Source of the DNA: Candidatus Staskawiczbacteria bacterium RIFOXYC1_FULL_38_18
GTDB lineage: Bacteria > Patescibacteriota > Minisyncoccia > Minisyncoccales > Staskawiczbacteraceae
Assembly: GCA_001822095.1 (NCBI GenBank)
Contig: MHPP01000024.1
Coordinates: forward strand, 1-48,961
Direction: 5' to 3'
DNA length: 48,961 nucleotides
Below, in pieces: positions 24,363 through 32,032 of the stretch; the first letter of the stretch is position 1, and each line of letters starts with the position of its first letter. The translations under genes were made by a program, and so were the position numbers. Below the pieces are notes generated by a model that was given only the letters and a program-made list of their open reading frames with translations, searched no databases and had not been told where the DNA came from.

Positions 24363-25385
24363 TTAAACTTTAACCAAATTATCAATAAAATAATCTGCTG
24401 ACTTCTCCCAAGAAAATTTTAAAGCTTTTTCCCGGCATTTATCTCGGGATATACCAAGGCAGGCCAGAGCCGCTTTTTCAAGATTTTCATCTAAAATTCC
24501 ATCGACTCCGCTTGTAATAATGTCTTTGGGCCCCATAACGTTATGGGCTGCAACCGGCACGCCACACGCCATAGCTTCTAATATTACCAAGCCAAATGTT
24601 TCTGTTCTGGAAGGAAAAACGAAAACATCACAAACAGAAAGCCAATCAACCAAATCCTGTCCACTTTTGTATCCTAAAAATTTTGTACCTTTTTTGTATT
24701 TATTTTCAAACTTTTTTCTGAGAGGTCCGTCGCCTATAACAAGCTTTGTCCCCGGCAAATTACATTCAAAAAATTCTTCAACACTTTTTTCTTTCGCAAT
24801 TCTTCCAAAATATGCAAAAACCGGTTTTTTAAAATTATTTTTTTGTTGTGGAGAATTAGGATTCCTGCGGAACAAATCCGAATCCACGCCCATCGGGCAA
24901 ATTGTCAGGTTTGAAAAACCATGATCTTCCAATTCTTCTTTTAGGCTATCAGAACAAACCATATTTAATGCTGCCGGTTTATGAAACTTACGAAAACGGT
25001 CATAAACAAAATTAAAAAGCAACCTGCTTTTTATCCCGGCGTAAAATTCTGCGTATTTGGAAATATTGCCGTGATACGAGGCTGTAAATTTCAGATTTTT
25101 TTGCAGACAGACAGACCTTACAGCTGTCCCGACCGTCCACTCTGTAACTATATGAATAAAGTCGGGCTTAAAATCCTCAATTATTTTTTTTATTTTTCTT
25201 TTGGTAAAAAAAGAAATTCTCATTTCCGGATAAAGAAAAAGGGGAACGGATAAAAAAAGACCGGGGTGGATTATTTTAACTTCAAATCCCTGTTTTTCCA
25301 AATATGGCAATATCATTTCAGTTGCCCTTACCACTCCGTTAACTTCAGGGTACCACATATCAGTAGCTATAATAATTTTTTTCAT
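24363..25385 (-). CDS. GT4-family (GT-B) glycosyltransferase
   Basis: 340 aa. VFVFPSRTETFGLVILEAMACGVPVAA (EX7E region). Confidence 0.85.
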   Translation of the reverse strand: MKKIIIATDMWYPEVNGVVRATEMILPYLEKQGFEVKIIHPGLFLSVPLFLYPEMRISFFTKRKIKKIIEDFKPDFIHIVTEWTVGTAVRSVCLQKNLKFTASYHGNISKYAEFYAGIKSRLLFNFVYDRFRKFHKPAALNMVCSDSLKEELEDHGFSNLTICPMGVDSDLFRRNPNSPQQKNNFKKPVFAYFGRIAKEKSVEEFFECNLPGTKLVIGDGPLRKKFENKYKKGTKFLGYKSGQDLVDWLSVCDVFVFPSRTETFGLVILEAMACGVPVAAHNVMGPKDIITSGVDGILDENLEKAALACLGISRDKCREKALKFSWEKSADYFIDNLVKV

Positions 25386-26692
25386 TTAATTCTTTCCGCA
25401 GATATTATTTTTTCAATATTATAGGCGCCCATTTTTTCAATTTCTATAAACCCTTGCATTGCCATTTCTGCAAAGTCTCCCGCATTTAGCAAATCAAAAA
25501 ACCACTGGTCTGTGTATTTTGGGTTTTCTTGGGGAACGCCGGCGCCAACATGCAAAAGCCATTTTTTGTTAAAATCTTCCTGCGAGCCTATTGGGGGCGC
25601 TATTATTATGGGCATACCAAGCCCGGCGTAAAAAGAAAGCTCAGAAGGTTTTGTCCACAAGACATCCGTTTCTCTTAGCGCTTCATTAAAAATTTGAAAA
25701 TACTCATTGGTTGTTATAGCAGAAATTATCTGTACCCATCCGTCTAAGCGCAAATTTTTTAAATTTTCTGAAAAATATTTCCTCAATTCCTCCCTTATTC
25801 CAATTGCGACAATAAATCTTAATTTTTTGTTTTTAATGTGTCCAGAAAGGCTTTTTATGGCATCCAAGCATATTTCTTTTTGGGCTCCCGCTCCGCCAAT
25901 AGAAAACATTATTGTAAGCGGATGGTCGGACCGTTCTGGCAATTTTTCCAGCTCTCCTTTTATTAACGGCTCATACGTTTTTCTGTACCTTTTTTGTGGA
26001 TCAAGATTTATCAACCTACGCTTTAGGTCTTCTTTTACAACTTCCATATTTTTGCCAATATTTTCTTTTGGCAACGGATAGCCAGTTAATACTATATCTT
26101 CTTTATTTACCCCATAAAGCTTCAGGCGATCGCGAGTCCACGTATTAGACGCAAAATATTTTATTTTGCTTTTCTTGGGGTCTAAACTTACCCATGACCT
26201 GTTGATATCGGCGTCGCAAACTGCGCAGTAAACATGACCGGGATATTTAAATTCTTCGGCCATAAAAGCCGGCGTAAAAAATGTTGTCACAAGAGGAATG
26301 GGATTTTTTTTTAATCTTTCTATCATATCTTCTCCCCAGCCTTTTTTAATAAAATAAAAAATATTTTTTAAATTAAAATCCGCATTCGATAAATCCCTTT
26401 TTGGATAATATGCCAAAATTCTTTGGAATTTGTCCATAATTAAAAAAGCGGTGCTGCCAAAAAAAGGGATATTTTTAATTCGGGAAATAAACTCGTATAT
26501 TGCCCTGGTCTGCTGCCAAAATCTTCTGTCTTTTCTCGGTATGCCTTCATAACTATTGGCATTAATAACTCTGCCACCAAAGGCAATGTCCCTTAGTGCA
26601 TAGGCTGTTCGCTGATGCCCATAGCCCATATCAACCGCCACAACCCAGGCCTTTTTATTTTCTCTTTTTGAAATCATTAATCTATTATACAT
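25382..26692 (-). CDS. GT-B fold glycosyltransferase, MGDG-synthase/MurG-like
   Basis: 436 aa. N-terminal VAVDMGYGHQRTAYAL resembles the GT28 G-loop. 4-nt overlap with the GT4 gene. Confidence 0.45.
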   Translation of the reverse strand: MYNRLMISKRENKKAWVVAVDMGYGHQRTAYALRDIAFGGRVINANSYEGIPRKDRRFWQQTRAIYEFISRIKNIPFFGSTAFLIMDKFQRILAYYPKRDLSNADFNLKNIFYFIKKGWGEDMIERLKKNPIPLVTTFFTPAFMAEEFKYPGHVYCAVCDADINRSWVSLDPKKSKIKYFASNTWTRDRLKLYGVNKEDIVLTGYPLPKENIGKNMEVVKEDLKRRLINLDPQKRYRKTYEPLIKGELEKLPERSDHPLTIMFSIGGAGAQKEICLDAIKSLSGHIKNKKLRFIVAIGIREELRKYFSENLKNLRLDGWVQIISAITTNEYFQIFNEALRETDVLWTKPSELSFYAGLGMPIIIAPPIGSQEDFNKKWLLHVGAGVPQENPKYTDQWFFDLLNAGDFAEMAMQGFIEIEKMGAYNIEKIISAERIK

Positions 26693-26714
26693 TATTTAGC
26701 AAAAATATTTAAAT

Positions 26715-26743
26715 CTTGATATATTAGAAAATACGTGCTATGA
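26715..26743 (+). promoter_or_regulatory. sigma70 promoter for GC10 (TTGATA-17-TGcTATGAT)
   Basis: Read directly from the sequence. Coordinates may be off by 1 nt. Confidence 0.6.
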
Positions 26744-26809
26744 TATTATTGTTTGCGCTACACGGAGTAGCACAAAAAGACGGACCTTTGAAATCAAGGA
26801 GTTGCTATC

Positions 26810-27241
26810 GTGAGACTATTTGTTTACTGCTCTGATCCGAGGGAAGCAGCCGATTTGGAACGAAAAATCAATCAGAAGCTTCTGAAACCCGGCGAAAAAA
26901 TCACCCGCCTTACTCTCTATGGCGGTCCGATTCCCTTTGCGCATCCGCGCGACTTAAGGGCAGGAGCCGAATCATTCCTGGAACAAATCCGTTTCGGGAT
27001 GAAAATGCCGGGAGAGTTTCAAATTACCGAGGTGGTTTTGGTTTTTCACGACTGCGGATTCTACGCCAATGTGCCGTTTTCTGTAACCAGGCAAACAAAA
27101 CTGCACGACGTGGTCCGAGCCATCCGCTTTCTGAGAAAGCACATCCACAGAATCAAGATTCGGGCGTATTATGACAGTAGCGTCGGCGATAAGATTTCTT
27201 TTATCAGATATCGCGCGCGCCGACTTGCTTGCGCTAACTAA
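26810..27241 (+). CDS. GC10: hypothetical protein (GC-rich cassette)
   Basis: 143 aa with a GTG start. AAGGAG lies about 8 nt upstream, and the unit has its own promoter and terminator. Motifs: CSDPR ... FHDCG. Confidence 0.65.
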   Translation: MRLFVYCSDPREAADLERKINQKLLKPGEKITRLTLYGGPIPFAHPRDLRAGAESFLEQIRFGMKMPGEFQITEVVLVFHDCGFYANVPFSVTRQTKLHDVVRAIRFLRKHIHRIKIRAYYDSSVGDKISFIRYRARRLACAN

Positions 27242-27267
27242 CCCAAACTATGGCCGAAAGGTTTCGT

Positions 27268-27297
27268 GTCTCCCCGCTTGCGAGGAGATTTTTTTTC
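27268..27297 (+). terminator. intrinsic terminator after GC10
   Basis: (g)tctcc / ggaga(t) stem with a 10-nt loop, followed by T8. Confidence 0.5.
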
Positions 27298-27313
27298 TAC
27301 CTGTAATCGTAGA

Positions 27314-28801
27314 TTAAAAAATGCGGGAATATTTTTTGCGCAACAGATGGTTTGCGCACCCAATAACCAAATAAGAAATTAAAAGCCAAACCCAATGGAC
27401 ATTTTCTATAATTTTATATGCCCAGGGTTTTGAAAAAAAGTTCACAACCCCCATAAAATATGCCATTAAAAAATAACACGGCACGGACAAAATCCATCCC
27501 AGCGGGCTAAAAACTGCGCCAAATAATGCGGATAAAAATCCAAAAAACATTAAATAATAAACTATTGGCAAAATTAAAATGTTGGCTATAAGTGAAACAA
27601 AAGAAATGTTTCCAAAATTATAAACTATCACTGGCAAAGTAAAAATCTGGGCGGAAATAGTTGCGGAAAGCATCATCAAGCCACCTTCATATTTTTCTTC
27701 AATTTTATAATTTAAAAATTTCTTTATTAAAAATTTAAAAAACATTCTTATAAAAGGCTCAAAATGGATTAGCGCCAGCACAGCCAAAAATGAAAGTTGA
27801 AATCCAATATCATAAATTAATAACAACGGATTTTGCAAAAGCATCAGGCTTCCCGCCAAAACAATAATTTGTGATCCGGCGCTTTGCCTTCCAATTTTTT
27901 GTCCAAATAAATATAAAATTCCCATAATTCCGGCTCTTATTCCAGAGGCTGGCAGGCCCACTAAAACAATATAAAAACAAATAAAAATTATTGAAAAATA
28001 AAACGCTTGTCCGCGATAAAACCCGGCTGCAAGCAAAAGAGCCATTAAAATTTCAATTAAAATGACCATATGCTGGCCGGAAACAGCCACAACGTGGCTT
28101 ATGCCGGTTATGCTTAGTTTATTTTTTACATCTTGCGGTATTGATGTTTTGTCGCCCAAAATTATCCCCTGCATTATTAGCCCCTCAGGCGGAAAAAAAT
28201 TCTTTTTTATGCTTTCTCTCAACTTTTGTTTTAGCGACAAAATCCCCGTATAAATCGCGGAAACCGAGCTTCCGCGGACTTTACCTGTAGCTTCAATTTT
28301 TGGGAAACCCATAACAGAATAAATCCTGTCTTTCATAAGATATTTTTTATAGCTGAACTCTTCGGTTTCTGTTGGCGTTTCCAATTTTCCTGTGATTTTT
28401 AATTGGTCTAAATATTTGTATTCAGGATACCTGCTCGTCGTAACCAAAACAACGCTATCGCTAATTTTTACTTTAATTCTTTGCGAAGTGTCGCGCACGT
28501 CCGGCTCATCTATAATTGCACCGCTCAAGACAACAGGGTCCTTCCCGTTAAATTTGCTTAACTTATTATTTTCAATATTAAACTCTGAAATCTGCATTCT
28601 CAAAAGCCCCAAAACTAAAAACAAAACACAAAACCCAATCGCGGGGTTTATTTTTTTTATAAAAACAGAAATAATAATAAATAAAACTGCGGCAAATAAA
28701 ATTCCCCAAACAAAAATTTGGGCTATTTTGGCCATAGATTCCAAAAATATCCCAAAAATAAATGACAGAGATAAAAAAAATAATACTTTAGATGGCGTCA
28801 T
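27314..28801 (-). CDS. comEC: ComEC/Rec2-family DNA internalisation channel (no metallo-beta-lactamase domain)
   Basis: Start moved to MTPSKVLFFLSLSF (ATG 28801). OB-like VVLSGAIIDEPDV...RIKVKI; competence domain ITGISHVVAVSGQHM; many TM segments. The track's longer N-terminus overlaps a terminator and the next gene. Confidence 0.8.
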   Translation of the reverse strand: MTPSKVLFFLSLSFIFGIFLESMAKIAQIFVWGILFAAVLFIIISVFIKKINPAIGFCVLFLVLGLLRMQISEFNIENNKLSKFNGKDPVVLSGAIIDEPDVRDTSQRIKVKISDSVVLVTTSRYPEYKYLDQLKITGKLETPTETEEFSYKKYLMKDRIYSVMGFPKIEATGKVRGSSVSAIYTGILSLKQKLRESIKKNFFPPEGLIMQGIILGDKTSIPQDVKNKLSITGISHVVAVSGQHMVILIEILMALLLAAGFYRGQAFYFSIIFICFYIVLVGLPASGIRAGIMGILYLFGQKIGRQSAGSQIIVLAGSLMLLQNPLLLIYDIGFQLSFLAVLALIHFEPFIRMFFKFLIKKFLNYKIEEKYEGGLMMLSATISAQIFTLPVIVYNFGNISFVSLIANILILPIVYYLMFFGFLSALFGAVFSPLGWILSVPCYFLMAYFMGVVNFFSKPWAYKIIENVHWVWLLISYLVIGCANHLLRKKYSRIF

Positions 28802-28818
28802 TTGTTGTATTATACAAC

Positions 28819-28848
28819 AAAAAAACAGGGATGGATTCCCTGTTTTTG
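28819..28848 (-). terminator. bidirectional hairpin terminator
   Basis: acaggga-tggat-tccctgt flanked by A7 and T5. Confidence 0.6.
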
Positions 28849-28868
28849 CATTCTGTATTAAGTTAGAA

Positions 28869-29123
28869 CTACCAGCCGCAACCTCCGCCCGGAACAGGAA
28901 CCATAAACCATCCGCATGAACATGGTGTCCAGACATATGCCTGCGGAGCCCCCCATTGGTAAGCAACCGCTCCGTTAGGGCCGGCTGCGACAATGCCATT
29001 TTGGTTTGCTGCAACAAAACGGTTTTGCCCCGCTGCTACAAAAGCCGCTGACGCAAACATTGGAGCTACAACAAAAGATAACAGCATCATTGATGCTAGC
29101 GCAAAAGTAATTACTTTTTTCAT
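28869..29123 (-). CDS. small secreted Gly/Ala/Asn-repeat peptide with Cys/Trp-rich C-terminus
   Basis: 84 aa. Signal peptide MKKVITFALASMMLLSFVVAPMFASA; repeats VAAGQNRFVAANQNGIVAAGPNGAVA; tail WTPCSCGWFMVPVPGGGCGW. Confidence 0.5.
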   Translation of the reverse strand: MKKVITFALASMMLLSFVVAPMFASAAFVAAGQNRFVAANQNGIVAAGPNGAVAYQWGAPQAYVWTPCSCGWFMVPVPGGGCGW

Positions 29124-29213
29124 ATTACATATTAAAATTAATTTATTTAATCTCCGACTTCGACCTTTGTTCTCGCATTACATTATAATTTTAAGCTATT
29201 AAATATCTGTTAA

Positions 29214-29243
29214 AACAAAAAACCATTTTTAAATGGTTTTTTA
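29214..29243 (-). terminator. intrinsic terminator ending the nrdD-RM-nrdG gene string
   Basis: aaaaaccattt/aaatggttttt stem followed on the minus strand by a T-run. Confidence 0.65.
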
Positions 29244-29261
29244 ATCTTTAGAAAAGCTGTT

Positions 29262-29960
29262 TTATCCGCGGAACATGCAGGTTTTAAAATACGGGGAAAT
29301 CTCTTCTACAACCTCGCCAAAAAATTCTTTTTTATACGGCTGTACTTTCTCAAATTCCGGGTCAATTGTTTTTGCGGGCACAAAATTTTGCAAATAATAT
29401 GTCACATTTTTACCTCCAATCCATTTTGCAATTTCAACAAAATCTTCTTTTTTATGCACGCCATTTACCACAGTGGTTCTAAACTCAAAATCCACACTGC
29501 CCTGCTTTAAAAATTTTACAGACTCTTCAATATCAGCCATTTTTATTCCCTCTCCCATAATTTTTTCGTAAACTCCCAACCCTTTTATGTCCATTGCAAC
29601 ATAATCAACTAATTTCCTGTTTACCAAATCTTTTAACATTTTTGGATTTGAGCCGTTTGTGTCCAATTTTACCAAAAACCCCCCGTTTTTTATTTTTTCC
29701 AAAAATTGCGGCAAATCTTTGTTTATTGTGGGCTCGCCCCCACAAATTACAACCCCGTCAAGCAAACCCTTGCGCGTGCGCAAAAAATCCAAAACTTCTT
29801 TTTCTGAAATTCTTGGCTGTGTTGCAATTTTCAACGGCAAAACAAGTTCTGCAGAATAACACCATGGGCAACGAAAATTGCATCCTGCCAAAAAAACTAT
29901 GCAGGCAATTTTGTCCTGAAAATCTATCAATGTGGTTTTTTGCAACCCCGCAATTATCAT
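29262..29960 (-). CDS. nrdG: anaerobic ribonucleotide reductase activating enzyme (radical SAM)
   Basis: 232 aa. GCNFRCPWCY (CX3CX2C) and GGEPT. Confidence 0.85.
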   Translation of the reverse strand: MIIAGLQKTTLIDFQDKIACIVFLAGCNFRCPWCYSAELVLPLKIATQPRISEKEVLDFLRTRKGLLDGVVICGGEPTINKDLPQFLEKIKNGGFLVKLDTNGSNPKMLKDLVNRKLVDYVAMDIKGLGVYEKIMGEGIKMADIEESVKFLKQGSVDFEFRTTVVNGVHKKEDFVEIAKWIGGKNVTYYLQNFVPAKTIDPEFEKVQPYKKEFFGEVVEEISPYFKTCMFRG

Positions 29961-29969
29961 AATTCAATT

Positions 29970-30668
29970 TTAAAAAGTTATTTCTTCAACCTTTTCATAT
30001 AAATCTTCTAGTTTATTCTCAAAAACACGAAATCCCGTTCCATGATTTCGTGCCATCGTTCCTTTATCATGAAGTCTCAAGTCTACGAGCAAATGTTCAT
30101 TTTCAAACTGATTTTTGAGAATAGATTGACTTGTTCCATGAGAAAGTAATCTTGCCCTATCGAATAAAAAGTATTCTACCCCGTCGCGTTCTTCAACTTT
30201 TGCCTTAACTAGTAAAACATTTTTAACCTTAGCTTCAAACCGCTTTTCAACCTCTGCCAATTGCCATACCGCAATAATGGTGCCATCAATATGTCTTACG
30301 GATATTGATTTACTATCAACAGATAAAAATAATCCCGCGCTATTGGGTTTCATTCCCATAGTATAATATAGCCCCATTCTACCGTCTTTATCTAAACTGC
30401 CATATTTCCTTACAGCTTCAAGGGGGTCCATTTTCCACGCCTTATTATTAAATGTAAAAAGCGTCGTCATCCCAGTATGCTTTTCTCTTTGAGATTTTAG
30501 TTCAATTTCTCCTAAATCAGGAGAAGAGATATTATTTTCTTTGATTTTTAATAAAGTTTCTAGAGTATATCCAACGCCAGTCGGACCGCTTCTTAAGCTT
30601 TTTACATACCCTAATTTTTTAATTTTAAAAAGATTTTGTTTTATTTTTTTTAATGTAATTTTAGCCAT
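29970..30668 (-). CDS. type II restriction endonuclease, MvaI/BcnI (MutH-like) family candidate
   Basis: 232 aa. GPTGVGYTLE...ENNISSPDLGEIELKS...TLFT and a C-terminal LVDL.LHDKG...NHGTGFRV, matching my recollection of BcnI/MvaI. Sits 2 nt downstream of a DNA MTase gene. Confidence 0.6.
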   Translation of the reverse strand: MAKITLKKIKQNLFKIKKLGYVKSLRSGPTGVGYTLETLLKIKENNISSPDLGEIELKSQREKHTGMTTLFTFNNKAWKMDPLEAVRKYGSLDKDGRMGLYYTMGMKPNSAGLFLSVDSKSISVRHIDGTIIAVWQLAEVEKRFEAKVKNVLLVKAKVEERDGVEYFLFDRARLLSHGTSQSILKNQFENEHLLVDLRLHDKGTMARNHGTGFRVFENKLEDLYEKVEEITF

Positions 30669-30670
30669 AA

Positions 30671-31966
30671 TTAATTTTTGTGGAAAACCACAATATATTC
30701 GTTAGTCATTGTTTGTAATTTTGCCCCGACTATATTAGTTGGAGAATTTTGAGAAGGCATTATTTTATTTAAAATATTTCTAACAAAAATATCTTCAAAC
30801 TGCAAACCCATGCTTTCGAGAAAGAATGATGTTATTTGATCCATTGGTATCTGTTGGCCCTTAACCGTCCTATTACCGACAACAAAACAAGCCCTGCCAT
30901 CTTTATTAAGATTTTTTACAATATTTTTAATAGCATTATAATAACCATTAAAAAAATAAAAAACTTCGCTTGCTCTTTTTTTATCAACATCTTCAATTTT
31001 ACTTATCACATCAAGTAAAATTTTACAACTTCTAATATTTTTATTTATAAATCCTGCTTTGCCCATGCTTTCTTTATCAACTTTGTATTTGACACCACCA
31101 TAAGTATTTATATCGTCCGTCCAATCAGAACCAAAACTTGAATATTCTCCATAGGCTACCGTTGTCCGGCTATCTCCGTATGGCGGAGAAGTAATAACTA
31201 AATCGTATTTTATTTCTGGAAATTTGTTTTCTGAATTTGATAACATGGGATAACTTTTACTTTTTGGCTTTTCAGTTTTATCGATAATTTCAATCATTGA
31301 TTCAATATGCAAAAATAATTTTTCAAAAACCTTATTTTCAGATTTTTTTATTTTTTCTTCTTTAACTCTATATCTTTTAAATTCGCCGTTTCTTGTCAAG
31401 GATTGATTTCTACAAATAAAAGCAAAACAAGCTACAAAAAAATCATGATATTCATACTTTTTCGTCTTAAAAACAGCTTTTATCTTCCCCAAATCTTGAA
31501 TAACATCATCTTTATACCAGTATTCTATATGATTTATATGCGGAACATCAATAATCTGACTATTAAGCACTGATTTTTTAAAATCGGCAAACTCTTGCCT
31601 CAATTTCTCAGTGTCATATTTCGCTATTTTTGCGTTTGCGATTAATAAGGCCAATGGGTTTATATCAAAACCAATTGACTTGTGATTATTTATGCTCGAT
31701 TGCAATAAAGTCACTCCGCTACCGCAAAAAGGGTCAAAAATAATATCATCTTTTTTTGAATATTTTTTTAAAATAAAATCTACCAACAATGGATGGAGCA
31801 TCGCAGGATAAGGATGTATTTTATGTCGTCCTCTAATCAACTTTTCACCCGCAAAAGATAGTTCATCTCTTAATGTCCTTTTGTAACAAGATTGTTTCGT
31901 GCTGTCATTTTCTGAAAAAAATCCTACATTTTTGGGCAATAATTGTTTTTGCTGTTTTGTTTCCAT
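30671..31966 (-). CDS. DNA amino-methyltransferase (N4-cytosine or N6-adenine)
   Basis: 431 aa. AdoMet motif IIFDPFCGSGVT and catalytic TSPPYGD, with motif I placed before motif IV. Confidence 0.85.
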   Translation of the reverse strand: METKQQKQLLPKNVGFFSENDSTKQSCYKRTLRDELSFAGEKLIRGRHKIHPYPAMLHPLLVDFILKKYSKKDDIIFDPFCGSGVTLLQSSINNHKSIGFDINPLALLIANAKIAKYDTEKLRQEFADFKKSVLNSQIIDVPHINHIEYWYKDDVIQDLGKIKAVFKTKKYEYHDFFVACFAFICRNQSLTRNGEFKRYRVKEEKIKKSENKVFEKLFLHIESMIEIIDKTEKPKSKSYPMLSNSENKFPEIKYDLVITSPPYGDSRTTVAYGEYSSFGSDWTDDINTYGGVKYKVDKESMGKAGFINKNIRSCKILLDVISKIEDVDKKRASEVFYFFNGYYNAIKNIVKNLNKDGRACFVVGNRTVKGQQIPMDQITSFFLESMGLQFEDIFVRNILNKIMPSQNSPTNIVGAKLQTMTNEYIVVFHKN

Positions 31967-31994
31967 TCTTTTGGTTGTTCTTTACTCCAATATA

Positions 31995-32021
31995 ACAAAA
32001 AAACTCCTGATTTAACAGGAG
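31995..32021 (-). terminator. hairpin terminator between nrdD and the R-M cassette
   Basis: ctcctg-atttaa-caggag with T-runs on both sides. Confidence 0.55.
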
Positions 32022-32032
32022 CTTTTTAGATT

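Noticed and set aside
26805-26812. Possible 1-nt inconsistency between my hand indexing of the GC10 start (GTG read at 26809) or its 3-prime region and the ORF-track coordinates (26810-27241).
   Set aside because: Most likely my own counting error in a long manual translation. The track translation is continuous, so I kept the track coordinates and flagged all hand-indexed sites as accurate to 1-2 nt.
27314-29017. The track's 567-aa comEC ORF, with an N-terminal extension of 72 aa.
   Set aside because: The extension is GC-rich antisense of the small secreted-peptide gene (28869-29123) and crosses a hairpin terminator (28819-48). The membrane protein plausibly starts at MTPSKVLFF (ATG 28801), directly after a TATAAT box.
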